Assembly (NCBI GenBank): GCA_046760225.1
Contig: JBHIDR010000019.1
Location: 1 to 14,475 of the forward strand
DNA from: Candidatus Aenigmatarchaeota archaeon
GTDB lineage: Archaea; Aenigmatarchaeota; Aenigmatarchaeia; Aenigmatarchaeales; JACQIB01
Length of the DNA stretch: 14,475 nt
Reading direction: 5' to 3'
Positions 7,536 to 14,475 of the stretch are shown piece by piece. Position 1 is the first letter of the stretch; each line of letters opens with the position of its first letter. The notes under the pieces were generated by a model. That model ran no database searches. It had not been told where the DNA came from and saw only the letters and a list, made by a program, of their open reading frames with translations. The position numbers and the translations under genes were made by a program.

Positions 7536-7969
7536 TGTTTGTAGAACCTCTTTGCAAGGAAGTTCTTTATCAGTTTCTCACTCGGGAAGAACATGGGTGA
7601 GGGAAGTGAATTCAAATCAAACCATCCCCATTCTGTTATCTCTTCCGGTTCCATTACCTTTGCATCGCCCTCAAAGTCCGTGCATATCAGCCCTATTGTG
7701 ACAAAATGCTTCTCAGGAACCATGTCATTTGTGACGCTTATTACCTCCAGGCTATTTGCCTTTATTCCTGTTTCTTCCTCGATTTCCCTTGCTGCTGCCT
7801 TTTCAAAGCTCTCATGGAAATGAAGCTTTCCTCCTGGCAGTGTCCATGTGCCTTCTCCCTTGAGCTCGCTCGTTCCCTTGCTCCTGTCGTCTGTCCTCCT
7901 TCCCAGGAGTATCTTCCCGTCCTTGAGAAGTATCACACCTATTCCAGCACCTACTTTCTTACCAGACAA
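7532..7969 (-). CDS. Nudix hydrolase, NUDT15/MTH2-like nucleoside triphosphate diphosphatase
   Basis: VGAGIGVILLKDGKILLGRR...GTWTLPGGKLHFHESFEKAAAREIEEETGI...VTND...HFVTI...MEPE...W.WF...LP. TTG start with AGGTG upstream. Confidence 0.9.
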   Translation of the reverse strand: MSGKKVGAGIGVILLKDGKILLGRRTDDRSKGTSELKGEGTWTLPGGKLHFHESFEKAAAREIEEETGIKANSLEVISVTNDMVPEKHFVTIGLICTDFEGDAKVMEPEEITEWGWFDLNSLPSPMFFPSEKLIKNFLAKRFYKH

Positions 7970-7977
7970 AGAAACAC

Positions 7978-8328
7978 CTATGATGCTTTTTTCTTCTTGA
8001 GGGCTTTCTTCTCTGCCAATTTCTTCTCAAGGGCTTTCAGTCCTGCTGCCCTTGTCAGGTTTATTATGGCCTTTTGCTCCACTGACATCATCCTGTTTGT
8101 ATAGGAGTTCATGTAACTATTTGCCTGCTTTCGATTCCCCCTTTTTAGGGCACCCTTTGCTTGCTCCCTGTACTGCATCATTCTCTCCAGATCTTTCCTA
8201 TAAGCAGGGTCACTTCCAATGGCTTTGACAATAGACCTTATATAGGATTCACTTTTTAATTTCTTTCCCAGGTCTTTCTTGATGTCAGACAAAGGTTTTT
8301 TGTATGATTCTCCCTGTTTCCCTGCCAT
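7978..8328 (-). CDS. Small, highly basic alpha-helical hypothetical protein (paralogue 2)
   Basis: ATG at 8328 (MAGKQG) preceded by AGGTGA. Clear paralogue of 8338-8661. Confidence 0.85.
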   Translation of the reverse strand: MAGKQGESYKKPLSDIKKDLGKKLKSESYIRSIVKAIGSDPAYRKDLERMMQYREQAKGALKRGNRKQANSYMNSYTNRMMSVEQKAIINLTRAAGLKALEKKLAEKKALKKKKAS

Positions 8329-8337
8329 ATTTTTCAC

Positions 8338-8661
8338 CTATGATGCTTTTCTTTTCTTCCTTGCAGCTTCCTTTAATGCTTTCTTTGTCAGCTTCAACAC
8401 GGCCTTTTGCTCCACCTTTGCTAGCCTGTTTCCATAAAAACCAATATATCTGTCTGCTTCAGCTTTCTTACCTCCCCTCATGGCAGCCTTTGCCTGGGTT
8501 CTGTAATACATCATCCTCTGGAGGTCTTTCCTGTAATTAGGATCACTTGCTACGAGCTGGACAACGCGCTTGGCATAAGCTTTGCTAACTCCTCTCTTTT
8601 CCAAATTCCTTTTGATATCAGAAAGAGGTTTTTTATATAGTTCTCCTTTTTTTCCTGCCAT
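8338..8661 (-). CDS. Small, highly basic alpha-helical hypothetical protein (paralogue 1)
   Basis: Starts 2 nt after the PCNA stop, with a GAGGAG SD. About 30% Lys+Arg by manual count. Paralogue of 7978-8328. Confidence 0.85.
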   Translation of the reverse strand: MAGKKGELYKKPLSDIKRNLEKRGVSKAYAKRVVQLVASDPNYRKDLQRMMYYRTQAKAAMRGGKKAEADRYIGFYGNRLAKVEQKAVLKLTKKALKEAARKKRKAS

Positions 8662-8663
8662 GC

Positions 8664-9410
8664 TTACTCCTCTGAGACTCTCGGGGCGAGAACGAATCCG
8701 AGCTTTGCCCTCTCTCCCTCAAAGTCAATTCTGAGGGGGTAGTCGTTGCCGAGCTGTATCTTTGCATTTGTTGCAAGCCTTGCAGCCTTCATCATTTTCT
8801 TGAGATAGTCCAGCGGGTATCTTGATTTTACAGTCTGTGGTGCTGTTATGTTAAGGAGCGCAGGGCTCCCCTTTTCCAGCTTCAGCTCTGCCCTGCTTGA
8901 GCCTCCTTCTGCAAACATCTTCAGGCTGCTCTCATCCACCTCTATTATTACGGAGTCAGCAACAATGTCAGCATCGTCAATCCCCTTTGATATTATGATT
9001 CCTTCCACATCTGCTGATGCAGGAAATTCGAACTGTGCAACAGAAGGCACGTCCTCTGCTGTGATGTCAATCAGGGGCATTGCAAACCTCCTCCTTGAGT
9101 TCCCTTCGAGCAGGATTTCCATCCTGTCCTCAGAGAGCCTTAATGTCAGCTTGTCATCGCTCCCTGCCCTTTTTAGCACTGTAAGGAAGTTCAGCATGTT
9201 GAGTCCTGCTGTTGTTTCCTTGTCACATGCAAAACTGTCAAATGCCTCAGCATCCATCTTGAAGTCAACAACAGCCACCATTGCCCTGTCAGCTGCCATG
9301 AGTTCTATTCCATTGGGTTTTATCCTGAAATTGCCCTCGTCTATTATCTGGGCTATTGTGTCTATGCTGTCCTTAAGAATCTTTACATCAGATAGTGTTG
9401 CAACGAACAT
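8664..9410 (-). CDS. pcn: DNA polymerase sliding clamp PCNA
   Basis: 248 aa. IIDEGNF...GIELMAADRAMVAVVD...SRYPLDYLKKM...LGNDYPLRIDF...FVLAPRV. Confidence 0.97.
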   Translation of the reverse strand: MFVATLSDVKILKDSIDTIAQIIDEGNFRIKPNGIELMAADRAMVAVVDFKMDAEAFDSFACDKETTAGLNMLNFLTVLKRAGSDDKLTLRLSEDRMEILLEGNSRRRFAMPLIDITAEDVPSVAQFEFPASADVEGIIISKGIDDADIVADSVIIEVDESSLKMFAEGGSSRAELKLEKGSPALLNITAPQTVKSRYPLDYLKKMMKAARLATNAKIQLGNDYPLRIDFEGERAKLGFVLAPRVSEE

Positions 9411-9421
9411 ATTCTACCCCC

Positions 9422-9763
9422 TCACACACATATTTGCCTCGCACGTTTATATAGGTTTACATCAAACCCCTCGAGCATCTGCACGCACTCGCCCTTCAGT
9501 ACATACCCGTCTATGAGCGGAAGCACGCGTGCAACAACCCTTATGAGCTGGCTTTTCATCACTCCTGCCATTGCCTCAGGCACGTCGAACATCACTTCCA
9601 CCTTGCCTGTGCCATCATCCATGAGCAAGGACGAGTCTGTCATCTCCAGCACGGTTCCCAATATCCTCACCCTGACGTCCTTGTCGCTCGATATCTCGGA
9701 TATAGGCCTCTCTATTGCAGGAAGCCTCCTTTTTGGAGTAGAATCCTTGCTCTCATCGGGCAT
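9422..9763 (-). CDS. Single OB-fold protein resembling replication protein A small subunit (Rpa3/RPA14)
   Basis: RRLPAIERPISEI...VRVRILGTV...LMDDGTG...IRVVARV...GECVQ...D.NLY resembles Thermococcales RPA14 (recalled, not searched). Lies directly upstream of PCNA. Confidence 0.8.
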   Translation of the reverse strand: MPDESKDSTPKRRLPAIERPISEISSDKDVRVRILGTVLEMTDSSLLMDDGTGKVEVMFDVPEAMAGVMKSQLIRVVARVLPLIDGYVLKGECVQMLEGFDVNLYKRARQICV

Positions 9764-9784
9764 GCATAGTATATGAACCGAAGA

Positions 9785-9792
9785 AATAAATA
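9785..9792. promoter_or_regulatory. Putative TATA element between the divergent rpa3-like and surface-protein genes
   Basis: AATAAATA (reverse TATTTATT) in a 44-bp AT-rich spacer, about 22 nt upstream of the rpa3-like ATG. Confidence 0.4.
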
Positions 9793-9807
9793 CATAACTA
9801 TTCTATT

Positions 9808-12420
9808 ATGATTAGTGATGGCATGAGGAACATATGGCTTTTGGCAGCGATAGTGGTAGTTCTGGTGGGTTTTGTGTCCTTTATGCAGCCCACGGCATTT
9901 GCAACATATCCAGCATGCGCACTGGGCAGCACAAATGAAACAGTAAATATAACAGGAAATTGTGTTTTTGCAGCAGGAGAACAATGCATTAATGGTACAA
10001 TGACTATAACAGGCAACATAACAGATGACGGCACTCCTATTGCAAGCCTCTACATGGAGAACTGCACAGTGCTTTTCAACAACAGCTATGACGGCGAATT
10101 CGGCTTTTGGGTGACCAATGGGCAAGTGGCTATAAATAACTCTGTTATCAAAACAGGTCCTTTCAATTCTTCAACTAAATCCTTCTTTTATGTCCTTAAT
10201 ATAATGTCATTCGAGTTATACAATAGTGAAGTTAGTAATATAGGGGTTAACACTGCTGATCCCACCTACAATGGAATTTTTGCTGCCAGTGGCGGCAGCA
10301 TTATAGAGAACAACACAATAACAGGTAGTGACAAGCATGGCCTTATACTGAAATATAATAGCCAAACTGTGAAGAACAATACAATTTATAACAATGCTGA
10401 AAAGGGCATTTATCTCCAATCCTCCAACAGCAGCACCCTGTCCCTTAATAATGTCAGTTTTAACAAAGAAGGAATAAGAGTACAAACCGGCTATTTCAAC
10501 CTCATTGCAAACAACACGGTTGCCAATAACAGCAGAACAGCATTGGGCGCAGGAATTGTGGTTTGGGGCGCCCCGAACACAACTGTGGAGAATAATACAA
10601 TATTGTTCAATAATGATTTCGGGATATTCCTTAATGCAGTGAATTTTGTCAACATAACCAACAACAACATAACTAACAACAACGTGAGCGGAATTTTCAT
10701 GCAGGCACAAAATTACATTGAAGTTATGTTTAACAGCATCACAAATCATTCTTACTATGGTGCAGACGTATCCACAGTGACCAATTCAAACATATGGAAT
10801 AATACTTTCTGCTACAACAAGCTCAATGCAACTAACCCAAATTCTGGAACACCAGGTGCAAATAGTTTTGTATTCAACAATACTTTTTGCATTGACCTCT
10901 TAAAACCCAAGAACGGAGAAATAATCAACACCCCCAATTTCACATTTTTTGTTTCCAATCCCCTCGGAACTACCAATATACCCTCTCTTTGCAATGTTTC
11001 AGTTGACAGTCAACTTATAGGTCAGGCCCCCACATTCGGTCCTGAAGAAATACTTTGGGTGAACAACTCTAGTGTATCAGAAGGCAACCACAGTATATAC
11101 ATTTACTGTGATCCTTATCAAAATGAGGCAGAGACAGAAGGAGAATTTATTCTTGATGCATCATCTTCCCAGTATTCCGACCAGTTCAAGTCAGGAGACT
11201 GTGGCGATGCCGATACCAACCTTACTCTGGGTGCTTACTGGATAGATGCTGTAACTAATATCTCATATGTATGGCTTGCAACAAACGAGACAGGCAGCAT
11301 GACCAATTATACTGATTATTATGGCTCGCCGATGTTCTTCAATGATACGAACGAGACATGGGCGAATTTCAGCTGGTGGAACAGCTCTGTGCAGGACTCC
11401 AATATCGAGTGGAGGCAGTGCGCGAATGATTCTGCATCCAATGAGAACTGCACAGAGATAGCTAACTTCACAGCATCACCATGTGCACCGCCACCAGAAC
11501 CCCCGCCACCAGCAGGGGTTGGCGGAGCAGCACCTCCCCCATCACCATACTCATGCAGCGCAACAGCCATGTCCCTCTCGCTCAGTAATGTAGCATTGGG
11601 CACATATGAGGAAGAAACATATACAGATTATTGCAATGGCATCAGGCTTGATGAGTTCTATGCTGCAGCAAGCGGCGATGTCAAGTTTACAATCAAGGTA
11701 ATTGACGAGTTTGCAGATAAACCAATAGGAAGAATATATCATTATTATAATGCTTCAATAGGCGATGAGCTGGAAGGCAATGTTTCTGATATAAAGCTGG
11801 GCTTTGGGGTGAACAACTCATGGCTCCTGGAAAACAACATAGGGTATGGAGACATAGAGATGCAACACTATGAAGACGGCAACTGGACAACACTCGCAAT
11901 GAGGAATGTTGACAGGGACGAGAACTCTTCATATTATCAGACCACAATTCCTTCCCTTTCCCTTCTTGCAGTGGTAGGCGAGCCTGAATGCGTATGTCCT
12001 GAACCTTCAGAATGGTCAGACTGCGTTGAAGGCAATCAGACAAGGACAGCCTATGATTGCGGTACTGACACAGATTATGAATGCATAGAAATCACTCAGG
12101 CAAGGGAATGTGCTCTTGAGTGCGAGCCATGCCCTGATACAATATATGGTAGTTGCATAGAAGGCAAGAGAGAAGCCACATACTTCTACTGCAATGAGAC
12201 AACACAGTTCCTTTGCGCTAACCACACTGTTACTGAGGCCTGTGCCATTATTGGCCTGCCGAAGATAACCCTGCCTGAGTTCAAGGTGCCTGAGACACCA
12301 TTAGAATGGGTGCAGACAGTTTCAATAGCAGCAGTAGTTGTAGTAATAGTGGCAGTAGGTGCATATTATGTTTTTCGAGTCAGGAAAAAGCCCAAAAAAC
12401 CAAAGAAAAAGAAGAAATAA
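9808..12420 (+). CDS. Large cell-surface protein: right-handed beta-helix (NosD/PbH1-like), Ig-like region, Pro linker, PGF-pre-PGF-like domain, Cys-rich repeats and TM anchor
   Basis: Signal peptide (start may be the ATG at 9823). Repeated I.NNTI..N...GI.L units. PPPEPPPP linker. I.LGFGVNNSWL.ENNI...WTTL...YQTTIPSLSLLAVVG. Two CP....C.EG...YxC repeats. TM helix and RKKPKKPKKKKK tail. Confidence 0.88.
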   Translation: MISDGMRNIWLLAAIVVVLVGFVSFMQPTAFATYPACALGSTNETVNITGNCVFAAGEQCINGTMTITGNITDDGTPIASLYMENCTVLFNNSYDGEFGFWVTNGQVAINNSVIKTGPFNSSTKSFFYVLNIMSFELYNSEVSNIGVNTADPTYNGIFAASGGSIIENNTITGSDKHGLILKYNSQTVKNNTIYNNAEKGIYLQSSNSSTLSLNNVSFNKEGIRVQTGYFNLIANNTVANNSRTALGAGIVVWGAPNTTVENNTILFNNDFGIFLNAVNFVNITNNNITNNNVSGIFMQAQNYIEVMFNSITNHSYYGADVSTVTNSNIWNNTFCYNKLNATNPNSGTPGANSFVFNNTFCIDLLKPKNGEIINTPNFTFFVSNPLGTTNIPSLCNVSVDSQLIGQAPTFGPEEILWVNNSSVSEGNHSIYIYCDPYQNEAETEGEFILDASSSQYSDQFKSGDCGDADTNLTLGAYWIDAVTNISYVWLATNETGSMTNYTDYYGSPMFFNDTNETWANFSWWNSSVQDSNIEWRQCANDSASNENCTEIANFTASPCAPPPEPPPPAGVGGAAPPPSPYSCSATAMSLSLSNVALGTYEEETYTDYCNGIRLDEFYAAASGDVKFTIKVIDEFADKPIGRIYHYYNASIGDELEGNVSDIKLGFGVNNSWLLENNIGYGDIEMQHYEDGNWTTLAMRNVDRDENSSYYQTTIPSLSLLAVVGEPECVCPEPSEWSDCVEGNQTRTAYDCGTDTDYECIEITQARECALECEPCPDTIYGSCIEGKREATYFYCNETTQFLCANHTVTEACAIIGLPKITLPEFKVPETPLEWVQTVSIAAVVVVIVAVGAYYVFRVRKKPKKPKKKKK

Positions 12421-12472
12421 TATAAGATTTAAATAAATCCTAATAAAATACATAGCTAACGGTGGTATTCAC

Positions 12473-13270
12473 ATGGTATTGGAGTCTTTGTTTCCAGCCA
12501 GAAAAATCGAGAACAAGCCAGTTGACATGCTAATACTCGCATTCATAGTGGCAATAGCCTGCATATTCATTGCATACCTTGTTTTCCCTGCATATGCAGG
12601 CATAATAGCACCTCTGCTTGTGGCGGTGGCTGTTGCACCACTTGTCTACAGGATATTCACGATTGAAGAGGAGATTGAAAGGGAGCAGGCAGAAGGGATA
12701 ATCAAGCAGACCTTCTGGGACAGGCATGATGAGACAATAAAGATTTTTACAATGTTCTTCATCGGCAATGTGCTTGCTGTGCTTCTTATGGCATCACTCC
12801 TTCCTGACTCATTCATTGGTGCAGCATTCGGACAGCAGATAAATGAGATAAACGCAATACGCTCACTTGGTACAGGAGCAGCAATCGCGCCTGGCCTGGT
12901 TGAGCTGATAATAATGAACAACCTCAAGGTCATGGCATTCGCGTTCTTCCTCTCCTTCATAATAGGAACAGGTGCCATATTCATACTTTCATGGAACGCC
13001 TCTGTGCTTGGCGTGTACCTTGCCAGCTTCATCAGGAAGGGACTTTACACCTCGTTTCTATTGCAGACAAGCGGAATAATACCCCATGCAATAATCGAGA
13101 TAGGTGCCTACTTCCTTGCAGGAATAGCAGGCGGGATACTCTCAGCAGGCGTTATAAGGGAGAAGCTCAAGAGCAAGGAGTTCAGGCTCGTACTGCGCGA
13201 TTCCTTCCTTCTAATGGCAATAGCAGTGCTCGCTGTTGTACTCGGCGCATACATAGAAGTTGGGCTCTAG
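12473..13270 (+). CDS. SpoIIM (stage II sporulation protein M)-like integral membrane protein
   Basis: Multiple TM segments. IIMNNLKV...WNASVLG...PHAIIEIGAYFLAGIAG...AYIE motifs. TTTAAATA at 12428 and GGTGG upstream. Confidence 0.85.
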   Translation: MVLESLFPARKIENKPVDMLILAFIVAIACIFIAYLVFPAYAGIIAPLLVAVAVAPLVYRIFTIEEEIEREQAEGIIKQTFWDRHDETIKIFTMFFIGNVLAVLLMASLLPDSFIGAAFGQQINEINAIRSLGTGAAIAPGLVELIIMNNLKVMAFAFFLSFIIGTGAIFILSWNASVLGVYLASFIRKGLYTSFLLQTSGIIPHAIIEIGAYFLAGIAGGILSAGVIREKLKSKEFRLVLRDSFLLMAIAVLAVVLGAYIEVGL

Positions 13271-13272
13271 AT

Positions 13273-13539
13273 TTACTCCTCTTTCTTGATTCCAATCAAA
13301 AGCAATTTTATTATGAAGAATCCGATGATTGTGCCGATGAATGTAAACAAAACATAAGGATGGTATGTCTTGAAAATGAATTTCAGGGTGAACGGCCACT
13401 CATAAAAACTGTGATGGATGTCGAACAGGAAGACGAATAAGAATGAGACAAATGCAGAGATGAACAGAAAAATGGCATCAGCAACCAGTTCCTCCCTTGT
13501 GATGTGCGATTTCCGTATTTTCTTCAAGTGCCTTCTCAT
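13273..13539 (-). CDS. Small membrane protein with 2 TM helices, function unknown
   Basis: Two hydrophobic helices flanking DIHHSFYEWP. TTTATATA box about 21 nt upstream. Confidence 0.75.
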   Translation of the reverse strand: MRRHLKKIRKSHITREELVADAIFLFISAFVSFLFVFLFDIHHSFYEWPFTLKFIFKTYHPYVLFTFIGTIIGFFIIKLLLIGIKKEE

Positions 13540-13559
13540 ATTTTAAATATTTTAAGTCC

Positions 13560-13569
13560 TTATATAAAT
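13560..13569. promoter_or_regulatory. Putative bidirectional TATA element
   Basis: TTATATAAAT in the middle of a 48-bp spacer between the divergent ATGs at 13539 and 13588. Confidence 0.5.
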
Positions 13570-13587
13570 AAAACCGAGGTCTGGAGC

Positions 13588-14121
13588 ATGAGAAAGAAGC
13601 CAGAGGTTCTGAGGTCAAAAAACCAATATAATGGATGGTTGAAGCTAAGAGTAGACATACTAAAGCTTCCAGGTACAGAAAAACCCTATCCTTATGATGT
13701 TGTTGAAATAGGTGACGGTGTGGCTGTTCTGCCTTTCCTTGACAAGGAAACGCTCTTGCTGGCAGAGCAGTACAGGCATCCTGTTGGAGAAACCCTATTG
13801 GAGCTTATTCAGGGCGGAATAAGGAAGAACGAAACAATCGTGGAGGCTGCCAAAAGGGAGCTGCTTGAAGAGACAGGCTACACAGGAAATGTAAAGAACA
13901 CATACACGATGTATCCATTGCCTGGCTCTCTGGACATGCGTCTCTACATAGTGGAGGCCACAGAGCTTGAAAAGATACAGGAACCCGGGCTTGATGCAAC
14001 AGAGAGCCTGACATTGGTCGAAAGATCTTACAAACAAGTGCTGGAAGAAGTCCTTTCTGGAAAGCACAAGGACAGCGCACTGGCGTGGGCAGTTTTATAT
14101 CATGAAGTTAGAAATCCTTGA
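13588..14121 (+). CDS. Nudix hydrolase, ADP-ribose pyrophosphatase (NudF)-like
   Basis: Y.GWLKLRVD...GVAVLPF...EQYRHPVGETLLELIQGGIRKNETIVEAAKRELLEETGY...YPLPG...E.L. Start is the ATG at 13588; the ORF-track start at 13504 overlaps the divergent gene. Confidence 0.9.
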   Translation: MRKKPEVLRSKNQYNGWLKLRVDILKLPGTEKPYPYDVVEIGDGVAVLPFLDKETLLLAEQYRHPVGETLLELIQGGIRKNETIVEAAKRELLEETGYTGNVKNTYTMYPLPGSLDMRLYIVEATELEKIQEPGLDATESLTLVERSYKQVLEEVLSGKHKDSALAWAVLYHEVRNP

Positions 14122-14146
14122 TTAGCGGCATGCAATAAGAGTTCTG

Positions 14147-14473
14147 TTATGAGAAAATCCTCAGTGGCGTCAGGCAGCCTCTGACAAATTTCAGATATCC
14201 CCTGATTCCTCTCCTGGTTTCTTTGTAATCCGTACCACAAGCTTTTGAAACCGCACTTGCTATCTTATCAGCATTCTTTATCCCGTAATTGATGCTGCGG
14301 AACATCGTGCTGCAAAGCTCATTCCCTTCTCCGTCCTCTTTCAAGAACAAGCGGAACTCATTATATACCTCTTTGACCTCGTGCATGAGGTATATGTTCA
14401 GTCCCTCGTGATATTTCCTGCCAGTCTCAGCATGTTCCTTGATCCCCTTCAGCAGTTGTTCGTACTCATCACT
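14147..14473 (-). CDS. Hypothetical protein, C-terminal part (start lies beyond the window)
   Basis: Frame is open to the window edge: SDEYEQLLKGIKEHAETGRKYHEGLNIYLMHEVKEV...LTPLRIFS*. No family recognised. Confidence 0.7.
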   Translation of the reverse strand, partial: SDEYEQLLKGIKEHAETGRKYHEGLNIYLMHEVKEVYNEFRLFLKEDGEGNELCSTMFRSINYGIKNADKIASAVSKACGTDYKETRRGIRGYLKFVRGCLTPLRIFS

Positions 14474-14475
14474 GG

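Noticed and set aside
7978..8661. Basic pair as a toxin-antitoxin module or as histones
   Set aside because: The two genes are paralogues with the same charge. No toxin motif or histone-fold pattern was recognised.
10640..10690. AAC-rich low-complexity run, considered as a possible DGR template or microsatellite
   Set aside because: It encodes the Asn ladder of the beta-helix in frame. No reverse transcriptase and no second adenine-variant copy are present in the window.
12426..12439. Short inverted repeat GATTT-AAAT-AAATC
   Set aside because: A 5-bp AT-rich stem is expected by chance, and it coincides with the probable TATA box of the SpoIIM-like gene.
12473..13270. Sporulation function implied by the SpoIIM label
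   Set aside because: The family is widespread in non-sporulating archaea and bacteria, and no other sporulation genes are present here.
1..14475. tRNA/rRNA genes, CRISPR arrays, transposases or integrases
   Set aside because: All intergenic gaps are about 60 bp or shorter, and no such motifs were recognised.

Overview
Compact archaeal chromosomal segment, most likely DPANN (Aenigmarchaeota-like, judged from the fused PriS-PriL primase). It holds a fragmented version of the conserved archaeal replication/translation cluster on the minus strand: Rpa3, PCNA, fused primase, GINS15, L44e, S27e and aIF2-alpha. Interspersed are deoxyhypusine synthase, four different Nudix hydrolases, two membrane-anchored surface glycoproteins, a SpoIIM-like membrane protein and several unknown ORFs. 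The main finding is the gene directly downstream of aIF2-alpha, where Nop10 usually sits. It encodes a methyltransferase that matches the eukaryotic 18S rRNA m7G methyltransferase Bud23/WBSCR22 along its whole length, not just at the SAM motif. The second finding is a tandem pair of very basic unknown paralogues closely linked to PCNA. No RNA genes, CRISPR arrays or mobile elements were recognised. All family assignments come from motif recognition by eye and from memory, not from database searches.
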